64,000 nucleotides of DNA, from positions 248,001 through 312,000 of the forward strand of contig CBFDEM010000028.1 of assembly GCA_965603825.1 (NCBI GenBank), read 5' to 3'. Of this stretch, positions 25,701-36,553 are shown piece after piece. Numbering within the stretch: the first letter of the stretch is position 1; every line of letters begins with the position of its first letter. Source of the stretch: Blepharisma stoltei ATCC 30299. Taxonomy: Eukaryota; Protista; Ciliophora. The position numbers and the translations under genes are program-made. The notes beneath the pieces are model-generated. The model was not told the DNA's origin. It did no database searches and worked only from the letters and a program-made list of their open reading frames with translations.

Positions 25701-28700
25701 GATAGTTTGAGACCTCCTTTATTTTTTGATATATGTGATGATGATATAGACAACTTAGAATTAGTTAAAGAAATTGTGTTTCCATTTTTTGGGTTGTTTT
25801 CATGAATTTCACAGGTATTCATTGACAAGGCCTCGATTAAGTTATATCCATATATGATTGAACAGTCATTTTCGCATGAATTATTAAGGAATTTTGAATT
25901 TGAAAAAGAAAATTGATAAGCTTCTTTTGCATATATAATTCCTTCTGCTCGAGCTTTATTATTTGCAAAATTACAAAAATTGCAATAAAATGAGCAATTA
26001 GTATTCAATAAGACAATTCCACTTGATTGAGCCTCATTATTTTTAAAATCGCAAGCGCTGCAAGAAAATGAAGAATTATTTTCCAATGTAAAAATTCCTC
26101 CATTTTTAAGGCTAATATTATCAGAATAGGTGCTTGATTTTGAAATCACCGCAGAATTTTGCAAGTGAAAGCATGGCCCATCAGATACTTTATTGGACTG
26201 GAAACTTGAGCCCTCGTCAACAAGCTGATCATTGTTTAATGAAACTATAATTCCACTGTTGTCTTGAAATAAACATTTTTTAGTTTCAATATAAGTAATG
26301 CTCTTTTGATTATCTGCAAGTATAACAGAGCTTCCTAAGTTATGTTTAAAAGTGCATGAATCAAAAGAGACCTTTGATTCTGAAGCATTCATGTGAATAA
26401 CTGAATTTAATTCTGCTGAATTGCCTAGAAAGCCGCATAAATAATAAGTAATTGACCCCTTATTGCAGAATTGAAGAATTGTGCTAGACATTGTTGAATC
26501 ATTTTCTTGAAAAATTGAAGATGCGATCATAGAGTCTTGTCCTAGAGTAACACTACCATCAATATATAATGCTGAACCATTCGAAGCCTTATTTATTGTA
26601 AAATTAGAGCTATCGATTAAGATTCTTGTACTTGCTGATGACTCTTGCTGTGCCAAATAAACGCTTCCACCAATTAATGCTGAATTGTTATTGAATGTGC
26701 ACTCAGAAAACCCTAATAACCCTTCATTGTCACCAGCCATTAAGTTATATATTGCCCCTCCATATCCATTTGGAGATAAATTTGAGTCAAAATTTGATGA
26801 GGAAATTGTCATATCTTTTCCATAAGCATAAATTGCAGCCCCATTATCAGCTGTATTATTTATAAAATCGCAGTTATTTATTGATAGATTTGCATAGTCT
26901 TGAATCACTATCGTTCCATTTCCTTCATTGCTATATATGTTGTTGGAAAATGTTGAATTGGTAAAAGATCGATCAAAATTGCCTGAAAAAATAAAGCAAG
27001 GAGGCTGCTGAGTGTTAGCAATTTGTAAAGTGCAATTAATTGAGACCATTTCGTGAGTGTCTGATTCTAAAATTTTAAATGTAGGCGAAGAATTCCTGCA
27101 GAAATTATTTGATAGGGTTACTGGAGAAATATCAATGCTATATGAGCTTTCTACCAAAACCATAAACTCACAGTCAATTGTTGCTGGATTATTAACATTT
27201 CTTGAAATATATAAATTATTTTCATCTCTATTTTGTATAAAAAAATCAAGAAGAATTGTATTGAAATTATCATATCCATCAGGTGATCCATTGGAATCAA
27301 TAATTAAATTTTTTAGTTCATAATTAGTCATGCTCGTCGTATCAATCATGCCATTTCCATAGTTATGTTCAAATGTTAAATCATTTAATTTACAGTACCT
27401 TGGCCCATAAATGATCTCGACTGTGTGCCCACCAGAATAAACGCTTTGTGTAGTCTCAGTTTTATACTCATCTAGCATCTGAGCGTTTTTTATCTTTATT
27501 AGGGACTCAGACTCAACGCCATTCAGTTCAAAATTTGAATTTTCTATTCTAACATTCAGAAGGTAGTTAGAAAAATCAATGTTGATGAAAGAAGAGTTCC
27601 CATAGTTTGAAATAAATGTGGAGTCATGAATATATACGTGATCTTTAAATAAATACGATAAATAATTTGTCTCATTTACAGATCCAGGGTATTTTGAAAT
27701 ATCTAAAGGCAAATTAAATAGCCCGTCTTCACAATAATTGTACATAAAAGTGCAGCTATTGATTTCAAAAAAGTTTACATTGGATACATAAAATAATGAA
27801 GCCTGAGTCAGCGTACTATCTGGAGATCGATAGACTAAATTATATTTGAATTCTACATCTTTTATATATACAGATTCCGAATTCTGATAATATAGAAACC
27901 CTCTGAAGTCTACAGGGTCTCCAAACTCATAGCCATTATTTAATCTTGTCACTGATCCTTTTACATATATTAATTTTGAATTGAAATAGCTGTTATGGGG
28001 CATTGAAATCACTGCAGAATTTTCTGCTGTTTTAAGCCAAATGTTATCAAAATCCACATTAAACAGCCTTAAAATTCCAGGCCCACCTAAAATGCAGTTA
28101 TACTGGCTACGAAAATTAAGGAATTTTGCATTCCTGAATGTAATCTGGCAAGGATCACAATAGCTGTAATATCCACTACAGTCTCCGCATCGAATTGGAG
28201 CAAAAACTGGTAATCAGTTATACGAACTAGCCATAGATTCGCACCATCAGCTTTTATCATCTTCGGAGAATCTTTCGCCTCTGTCGTTATAATAATACAA
28301 ATCACTCGCATTATAAGTCATATATGGACAATAACTGCAATATTCTGAGTTATGGCATGGATATCTGCTATAACCATCAAAAATAATGTTATCTCATTCA
28401 AATTTCCCAAAAATTTGTAAACTATTAATTCACATTGAGTCAATTTTTACAAAAATATGGCTGCTGTCTAAAGGTAAGACTCTTCACCATTGATTTTTTT
28501 GATAGGTTGAGTAAGGCCACCAGCCACCCCAGCTGAGAGTATAATTGCCATCATTGATTAAAAAAAGCACATTTTGAGTGGTTGTTACTGTCTGCAATGC
28601 ATAGTCTAAGGTTTGGTAAGGGTTATTATAGCTTCCATCACCTGAAGGAGAATAGCCATTCATATGAGATGTTGCGTAGTAAATAGAAAGATGAGGAAAA

Positions 28701-29986
28701 TTTGTTGAAATTTTGCTAATTGATAGAGAAAGGCCGTATAAAAATAAATAATTGCAAGAACTGGAGCATTGAGAGCAAGATGTTCCTAAGCCTGAATAAC
28801 TGGTTGTACAGAATTCACAGAGATTAGAAGCAGAGCTGGGAAGAGTGCTAGTGCAAGTGCTATAAGAAGAAGTGCCACATAAACCATAGTTGCATTCAGA
28901 TATAAAGCACTCTTGATGGCAAGTTGCAGTGTCAAGTGCCTTTTCTAGAGTGCATTGATTATTAGATGCAGAATAGCATTGATCAGCAGAAACAACATAA
29001 CTTGGATCGTTTTTTATCATCTGCTGATAAATCGTAAATAGCACTAAATTTTGATTATTGCACCACTTTGAAGAATCTGAACCCATCCTGTCATAGTTGC
29101 AGGTTCCAACTAAACATTCAGGTTTGCAATTTCCATAATCACTAACACTGCACCCATCAGCACACCCGCAAGTATAGTAATCTCATTCACAATCTTTTGT
29201 GTTACAATTAGAGTCACATACGCTATTTGCTAGCATTTTAATTGTGCATCCTGAAGAGCAATACCCACAGTCTCCATTATCATATTTGCAGTTCAAATTA
29301 TTACACTCATCATTGCATACACCATCGCCTAGCATAGTTTCGTAGCAAAAAGGTGCACATGTGCAGTCAGTTTTATCATATTCGCATTCTTCAACATAGC
29401 AAGCTTCATCACAAACGGAATTTCCCACCATCCAAGTCTTGCAATTAGTTGCACAAGTTTTATTTACGCAATCTCCCATATCAAAGTTGCAATCCGCAGT
29501 GTTACATTCATCATCACATATTCCATTTCCTAAATTTCCAGAATTGCACCCAGCAGAGCATTCTTTGCAAGCTCCCATATCATAATAGCACTCAGGGATA
29601 TTACAGCCTTCGTCACAAGTCCCTCCTAATTGGTCTTTAGCACCTAAATTTTATTTACATGAAGGCCCGCAATAGCTACAATCACCCCAATCATACCCAC
29701 AATATTCATTGTTGCATACATCATCACATGCTCCATTCTTCAAATAAAAAGAAGGGCAATCTGTCTTAAGGATGCAATCTCATAAGCAGTCTGAGTTTCA
29801 AAGTGAATAATAATCACCATCCTCAGCTCCAGTGTCATATTTGCATGGGAGTGTATAGCAGCCTGGATTGCAGTTCCCATCACCTCGCTAAATCGATATT
29901 ACGATGCTTTTAGGGCATTTAGATGTATTGCATAGTATTTCAAGTGCTTCAGATAAATAGAGAAGAGTTGTAAAAATGATTAGCAT
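22751..29986 (-). CDS. Giant surface protein, paralog C (~2,400 aa), same architecture
   Basis: ATG 29986 (MLIIFTTLLYLSEA signal peptide); single frame through TGAs to TAG 22751. Introns at 29888-29902 and 29644-29658. Confidence 0.88.
29644..29658 (-). other. 15-nt spliceosomal intron (GTAAATAAAATTTAG)
   Basis: GT-AG; contains an in-frame TAA. Confidence 0.9.
29888..29902 (-). other. 15-nt spliceosomal intron (GTAATATCGATTTAG)
   Basis: GT-AG; contains an in-frame TAG. Confidence 0.9.
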
Positions 29987-30281
29987 TTGAAGAATTTTTA
30001 TTAAAAATTTAAATTCGATTGTATTCTCATAGATTAATTAAGGACCAAAAGTTAATAAAGATCCTTTTAGAAATGAAATCGCATACAAACCTTAATTTAT
30101 TCTCATTGGATTTTATTTAGTATAGAATTAAACAAAATAATAAGAACCAGTCATTATGCGGCATAAATTATAAGTCTTGCAAATATAAAATTTATTTGAA
30201 GAAAAATTTAAAACTAGTTGTGGTTTTTAAAAATCTTTCAATATATAAAATAATTTATGATTTTATTTATAAATCCCACAA

Positions 30282-31112
30282 CTACACGAATTGGCCTTTC
30301 ATCTGTAGAGTTGAAGCGTTTCCCACAATATTATTTCCATACTCTGCCATACCTCTTCTGGCAGTTGGGGACTCCCTATAGTAATTTTCAGGAGTATACC
30401 CTGTAATAGGGTTCGAAGCGTGGACTTTTGGGTTGCTTTTTGTAAATTTCGGCTGTCTAAAGACCGGATGCCATGCCAAGGCCAACAAGTCATTTTGGGT
30501 TTTAGTTGGAGTATTGTGTCCTCCTAAAATATTAGTCGATACAGGTGTAACACTTCTATTGATCCTTATCCTCTTCTCGTCCAAGCTTTTATCTAAATCA
30601 GGCACTTTCTTCGAGTTCAGCACAACATCAAAGCTCCTATCTAAATCAATTAGCTTCTTAGGACTTTTTTTCAGAAAACTATCAAAATTTCTTTCAACTT
30701 CAGTAGTGTTTTTTTGGCCTGCTTCAGCAAATCTTTCTAGTTTAGGGAGATTTTCTTGTTTTAGTTGGGAGCGCTTTTCTTCTTTTTTTAACAGCTCAAG
30801 CTCTATGTCTTTCATGCGTAGCTTTTCTTTTAATTTTTTTAAGTCTTCGTTGAATGCTGAAATGCCTTTTTCTTGAGTTTTCAAGGATGAGAATGTGTCA
30901 TCATTTAGCTTGTTTTGAGGTCTTTCTTGGGATTTCAAAAAGGCTTCTTTTGGGGTTATAGAAGATGACGTTGCAGTATCAACTGTCATTGCAAATTCTG
31001 GGGAATTTAGGTTTTTGTGGTTGTCAAAAAATTTTACTCCACCTCTTTGTGACTGGCCTTGGTATTTGGACTGGTATGGCTTGATCTTGGAGTGATTAAG
31101 ACTATGCCTCAT
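30282..31112 (-). CDS. Hypothetical basic, likely disordered protein (NPITG and NILG motifs; possibly microtubule-associated)
   Basis: Clean 276-aa ORF; the functional guess rests on short motifs only. Confidence 0.7.
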   Translation of the reverse strand: MRHSLNHSKIKPYQSKYQGQSQRGGVKFFDNHKNLNSPEFAMTVDTATSSSITPKEAFLKSQERPQNKLNDDTFSSLKTQEKGISAFNEDLKKLKEKLRMKDIELELLKKEEKRSQLKQENLPKLERFAEAGQKNTTEVERNFDSFLKKSPKKLIDLDRSFDVVLNSKKVPDLDKSLDEKRIRINRSVTPVSTNILGGHNTPTKTQNDLLALAWHPVFRQPKFTKSNPKVHASNPITGYTPENYYRESPTARRGMAEYGNNIVGNASTLQMKGQFV

Positions 31113-31321
31113 TTGGAATTATATAAATGTAAAATAGGCAGCATTTAATTTAATTTTTAGCGCTGAAAATCATGAATTTATTTAAAAATGATTATCTCTA
31201 ATCAATTAATAAATAATAAATAATCTTCCTTTTTATATCAGTTAGCTTTTAAATCTCAAAATAATCAAAATTTTAATCCCTTCCATTATCTTATGTTCAT
31301 AAACACTCTAAATTTCTTAAG

Positions 31322-33157
31322 TTATTCTTGTTTATTTTCCCTTTGTTCATAAAGTTTCTTCTGTTTCTCCCACAGCTTTTCTAGTTTTTTCCTCAATGAC
31401 TTGCTAATAGGGTTTCCAGTTTGATCACATAAAGGAATCCCATTTTCATCCCACGTCGAGTATTTATCAGTTTCTCCTCTAAACATTTCCTTTGGATCTA
31501 TACTTGCTTGGGCATCTTGGGCTGCTTTTTTCTCTTCTTTTTTCCTAGCCATTTCTTGTTTTCTTGCTATAGCCTTTTCTTCCTCTTCTTTTTTCCTCCT
31601 TATTTCCAAGATTAGCTCTTCAGGGTTTCCTTTTTTCCATATCGATGGTTGGTTTGATCTATCCTCCAGTTTAATTCCAAGTGGTGGGAGATCATCATCT
31701 CTTATTTGGTCACAAAGCTGCAAAATTGCTTTGACATCTCCTTCACGGGATGCTTGACGAACACCATCCCTAAATCTTGTTAGCACATTCATAAGTGGCT
31801 CAAATGAAGAGTCCCCAGAATCAGCAACACTGTAATCTAATCCAAAGCAATCTAGCATTTTCTTAACATAATCTGATACATTTGCGAGTAAAATCAATTT
31901 TGGCTCAGACTGCATGTACACATTAGTCTTGTTTACCAGCCCAGAAAGCTCCAAAACTGCTACATCTGTTCCAAAATTATCTAAAAGCGCATTATGCACA
32001 TTTTCTCTTGTTTGCTGCAAAGCTGCGAACAAATTTTTTTCTCTTTGGTCGAATTTTTGTTTGCTTTCTATTTTTAATTCTCTTTTAGCAGCTTGAATGT
32101 TCATGAAAAATTCTTTAAACTGCTTTTCAATGATAACAGCTTCTTCCATAGTTGAGGAGTTTTCAGGGTCATAATTCATCATTCCGTCCCATTTGTGAAG
32201 AAGGTAAACCATTCTCATTTGTCTTGGGGTGTAGTCTTGAAGCATTTCATTAATTGTGATGAAGTTTTTGAGACTGCGGCTCATTTTGCATTTTTTAATG
32301 TGTAGGTGGCCTGTGTGTAGGAAGTAGTTGACCCATTGTTGGCATCCGTAAAATGCTTCAGACTGGGCAAGCTCATTTTCATGATGTGGAAACCTAAGGT
32401 CGACGCCTCCAGAATGGATGTCAATTGGGCATGGTAAGCTGTCAGCTGCCATCACACTGCACTCTATATGCCATCCTGGCCTTCCTGGTCCCCATGGTGA
32501 CTCCCAGCTTGGCTCAAACTCTTTTGATTTTTTCCAAAGCGCGAAATCTTCTTCTCTTCTTTTTTCTTTTGCCTTCACATCAGTTAATTTTCCTTCTCCT
32601 TCCTGCATAAGTTCAGTATTTATATCACTTTGGTTAATAAGTTTTCCATATGTATGGGTCTGCTTATAAACTTCTGTGTCGAAATAAACTGATCCATTGG
32701 ATTCATAAGCAAAACCATTACTTATAAGTTTTTCTATAAAGGTAATGATATCTGGGACAAACTCGCTTACCCTAGTTAGCACGTCTGGGGGGCTGACATT
32801 TAGCCTTGCCATGTCCTCAAAGAACGATTTTTCCCATTTCCTGGCATATTCGGCAAAGTTTACCTGCTGGTTGTTGGATTCTATGATGATTTTGTCATCA
32901 ATGTCGGTGATGTTCATGCACAAAGTGACGTCGTATCCGAAATAGTTGGAAAGGATTCGGCGGATGATGTCAAATGAGACATAGGTTCTGGCATGGCCCA
33001 TGTGGGAATTCGTGTATACTGTAGGACCACACATATACCAGTAGACTTTTTTGTCTCCGGAGTTTGTGAAGAACTCTTCTTTCGTTTGAGTGAGACTGTT
33101 GAAAATTCTGAGTCCAGTTCTAAATCTGCTTTCAGAAGGTCTTAGCCACGACTTCAT
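31322..33157 (-). CDS. CARS1: Cysteinyl-tRNA synthetase, cytosolic type
   Basis: YMCGPTVY, HMGH (HIGH motif), NITDIDDKII, DFALWK, GRPGWHIECS, DLRFPHHENE and KMSRS. Confidence 0.97.
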   Translation of the reverse strand: MKSWLRPSESRFRTGLRIFNSLTQTKEEFFTNSGDKKVYWYMCGPTVYTNSHMGHARTYVSFDIIRRILSNYFGYDVTLCMNITDIDDKIIIESNNQQVNFAEYARKWEKSFFEDMARLNVSPPDVLTRVSEFVPDIITFIEKLISNGFAYESNGSVYFDTEVYKQTHTYGKLINQSDINTELMQEGEGKLTDVKAKEKRREEDFALWKKSKEFEPSWESPWGPGRPGWHIECSVMAADSLPCPIDIHSGGVDLRFPHHENELAQSEAFYGCQQWVNYFLHTGHLHIKKCKMSRSLKNFITINEMLQDYTPRQMRMVYLLHKWDGMMNYDPENSSTMEEAVIIEKQFKEFFMNIQAAKRELKIESKQKFDQREKNLFAALQQTRENVHNALLDNFGTDVAVLELSGLVNKTNVYMQSEPKLILLANVSDYVKKMLDCFGLDYSVADSGDSSFEPLMNVLTRFRDGVRQASREGDVKAILQLCDQIRDDDLPPLGIKLEDRSNQPSIWKKGNPEELILEIRRKKEEEEKAIARKQEMARKKEEKKAAQDAQASIDPKEMFRGETDKYSTWDENGIPLCDQTGNPISKSLRKKLEKLWEKQKKLYEQRENKQE

Positions 33158-33494
33158 ATTATGGTGATTTATTAAAACATTACGTCATTTGTTCTTATTG
33201 GAATCTAAATTATTTTTGAGACGAATCTTATTGTAGAAAGATAAGTAATTGTGAAAAAAAATTTTAGGAAAATACTGGGTAAACAATTTTTTGGATGAAA
33301 AATTTTAGGATGTAATGAGTAAAAATATTATTGGAATACAATCAGAGGTCTATTTATAGATTTTTATCTAAACAGATATTCACAGATTACTGACATTATT
33401 AAAATTTTATTAAAATTATAATTTTATTTATGTATTTTTAATAAATAAGTCAAACTTGCTAACTCGCAACACAGGTTCATAAAAATTCAATCAA

Positions 33495-34619
33495 ATGGGA
33501 GTATTTTTTTCCAATAATTTAACACGTGAACCTTTGGTTTTCAAAATCCCTACTGAAAATTTCTTTTATCATCTCCCAGGTGAAGTCGAAGATTTTTGCA
33601 AACAAATATCAGACAATAAACACTTCATATATGAAGCTGACCTTAGCAATAACACGTATACAGAAGAAGCTCTCGAGCTTATTCTTAATTCTCTTGAAGA
33701 ATGCTGCAACCTTACTATAGTGCGCCTTCGAAAAATTTTATATGAGTGGATGACAGAATTTGAGAAAATTCTAGAAATGGTCTGTAGATTTTTACAAACT
33801 ATCCAGAATTTGGAAGAACTTGACTTATCAGATAATTGTTTGAAGCCTCAAGCCTTAGATATTTTTACACTTTGTTTAGAAAGATCACCAAATATTAAGG
33901 CAATTAGACTGAACAATGATAATCTTGGGGCAATTGGAGCTAAAAAAATATTTGAATCGTTAAAAAAGATTGACAATCTTAAATTATTTGTATTTGCTGG
34001 TGAAAATAATTGTTTTGAAGATGAAGGAACAATAGTTCTTGCATCTCTTTTTGGGAAGCTGAAAACACTCAGAAAAATATGTTTATCAGAAAATGAAATA
34101 GGGCAATTAGGAATTCTGGCTCTAAGTGAGAGCATCTGCAAGAATCCAAATCTGCAAGTCCTTAAGCTAAGAGACAATCACATTAACGAAAAGCCTTCCT
34201 ATCTATCTTTATCCTCAGCTTTTAAAAGACTAAGATTTTTGAGTTTTATTGACTTAGGTGACTGCTTACTAGGAAACAAAGGATCAAAAGCTATAATCAA
34301 ATCTCTAATGATTTCTAATGAAAACCTACGCCAACTATACATCCAATACAACGAAATAGATGAAAATGAGCTCAGTGATATTATTGTAAGTTTTATCATT
34401 AAAAGAAAAACCTTAGAAGTCATAAATCTCACTGGAAATGACATAAACCCGGAAAGTATAGAGCATCTATGAAAAGAGCTGAGAAAAGCCGATAGAGAAT
34501 TTACTATAATTTTGACAGACAATTCTGAAAGTTCAATTTCAGACATTGATTGCTATTACTATGAAGAACGAGTTGATGGGATAACATATGAAAAATCAGA
34601 AACGATTAAAAATAAATAA
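33495..34619 (+). CDS. Ribonuclease-inhibitor-type LRR protein (RanGAP1-like)
   Basis: 28-aa LxxLxLxxNxL repeats (LEELDLSDN, LQVLKLRDN, LSFIDLGDCLL, LRQLYIQYNEI). Extends through TGA 34470 to TAA 34617-34619. Confidence 0.8.
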
Positions 34620-34629
34620 TTTTCAATTT

Positions 34630-35454
34630 TTAGCCTCCGCGGCCTCTTCCTCTACCTCTACCTCTGCCTCTTCCTCTCCCTGGACTCAATGTAGGAGAAT
34701 TTTCACTCGAATTTCCGGTGTTCTTTTCAGCTCCGCGTCTAAAAAACTCGTCAGGTTTTTGTTCTTCTCTTACTTGGCTAGTTGACACATTCTGGAAAAG
34801 GCTTTCATTTTTATCAGGAGCCACTCGACTAAACAGTTCTTCGTTTTGAACGCTCTGGTTATGCTGTCCAATTGGCAATATTGCAAAATTGTCTGAGTCT
34901 GTTTTATCCATTGGATGGATTTTAGACTCATTAACCACTCTTGATTCGCCTTCACCTATCTTAACTTCTGCGTTGACTAAATTAAATCTAAGAAATTTTC
35001 TTATAAAGAAATCCAAGCCAAGGGTCTATATAAATCTTACAGCTGAAGTCAAAATAAAGAAGAGACTTGAAATATAGAGAAATGACTGATAAGTTTCTGG
35101 AGTTGATAGAGAGAAACATTTTGTCTTATCTGAGAGCATTGAAGCGTTACTCAAGTCTTTAACTAGCTCGAGAGAAGCTATTGATAGACCGAATATAATA
35201 TAATAGAGGTCCCAAAGTGCGGCAATTGCTAGAAGAGAAGTAGCAGCAATTGATAAAGTTTTGAGATTTATCCAAGAATAGACACCAGTAGAAACTCCGC
35301 TTATGAAAGTTACAATAAATAAAAAAAGCTTAACCCATGGCCTCCAAGCGCCGGTGTCAAAATCATCTTTGTAAGACTCATATAAGTAGGGTCCTGCTAG
35401 TCCGCAGCTAATCATAAGAGCAGTGCCAATGCTGAATATGTAAATGCCTATCAT
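34630..35454 (-). CDS. Four-TM membrane protein with a C-terminal (GR)n tail; one 15-nt intron
   Basis: ORFs 35026-35454 and 34630-35016 are in frame after removing GTAAGATTTATATAG (35026-35040). Confidence 0.75.
35026..35040 (-). other. 15-nt spliceosomal intron
   Basis: GTAAGATTTATATAG with an in-frame TAG. Confidence 0.85.
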
Positions 35455-35612
35455 ATAATTATATTATAGATGGAATTCATTTTAAACAGAGGAATTTAGG
35501 CTACTACGAATTTTATTTTTCTGTTTTTTTGTGTGAATCTTCTCATTAATTTTTTAATAAATTCTATTTTACCTTAATTACGGACAGTTTATTACTTAAA
35601 AATCATTAGCAA

Positions 35613-36317
35613 TTAATCCTTTTTCTTATCTTTGGCATTCTTTAGTAAAATGATCAAAATTCTTACAAAGACCCCCAGCAAGTCTATAAACAAGTTCATG
35701 GCATGAGCCAAGTCGTCTTTATTTCCCATCTCAATCTGTAGAATCATAACCTGGGTATCATAAATCACATATCCACAGAATACAAGCAATCCTACATAAA
35801 GCTGAATATTAAACATAAAGTTTGATGCCAACCCAAGCATTCCTAAAATTGAGCAAACTAGAATGAAGAGGGTTGACATTCCTAAAATCCCTCCTAAGTA
35901 TAAGAAGTGTCTTTTATCTGACTTGAGTGCTGTATAGCTGAAGCTTATAAAAATCCCAAAGGTAGCAAAAAGGGCTTGAATCAGAATAGAAGGATCAACT
36001 TCTAAGGCAAGGCTAATAAGTGGACCAATACTTACACCATCTAAGAATACAAATAATGAAAGAAGAGGAAATCTCCATGGACTCTTTTGGCCTGCACCAA
36101 TAAAAAGGAGAAAGCACATAAGCGAAGCAAATCCTGTTAATTTTCCTCCAATACCTAGAAACATGTTCCCGATTATTCCCAAGGCGCAGCTTACTGATAG
36201 AAGGGCTAGGTTAGAGTAAACTTTACTGAGGACTTCCTTAGTGGATGCTGAAAGATCTTTAAATTCAAAAATACTTGACGAATCATAGTGATTGTTTGAG
36301 AAAAATTTACCCGACAT
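35613..36317 (-). CDS. Bax inhibitor-1 (TMBIM6 family)
   Basis: IGPLI...VDPSIL, HFLYLGGIL, FCGYVIYDTQ, LFIDLLGVFVRILIIL and a basic tail; first ATG at 36317. Confidence 0.93.
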   Translation of the reverse strand: MSGKFFSNNHYDSSSIFEFKDLSASTKEVLSKVYSNLALLSVSCALGIIGNMFLGIGGKLTGFASLMCFLLFIGAGQKSPWRFPLLSLFVFLDGVSIGPLISLALEVDPSILIQALFATFGIFISFSYTALKSDKRHFLYLGGILGMSTLFILVCSILGMLGLASNFMFNIQLYVGLLVFCGYVIYDTQVMILQIEMGNKDDLAHAMNLFIDLLGVFVRILIILLKNAKDKKKD

Positions 36318-36553
36318 ATTTATTATAATTAACACGTGTTTTGGGCGACTTGAAAATCTATTGCTTTAGCTTTGATTTTAGCATATTAAATTAAATCTTA
36401 TTACTTATGAATCGGGAATTGAGTATTGTAAATGCTGATAATATATTGCTTTTAATGCCTAATATTAGAATAATACAAAATAGTATCAGAATTTACCCCA
36501 AGCTATTTTGGAAAGCCTTACTATTTGATGTGTAAAAAATATATATAAATTAT

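Noticed and set aside
10085-28057. Recent bacterial (Chlamydia pmp) horizontal transfer
   Set aside because: Host-like composition, tiny introns and UGA-Trp usage; GGAI/FxxN repeats are widespread in protists.
7994-29986. Many short ORFs read as pseudogene fragments or separate genes
   Set aside because: Within each gene they share one frame, and the breaks I checked are TGA or stop-containing 15-nt introns.
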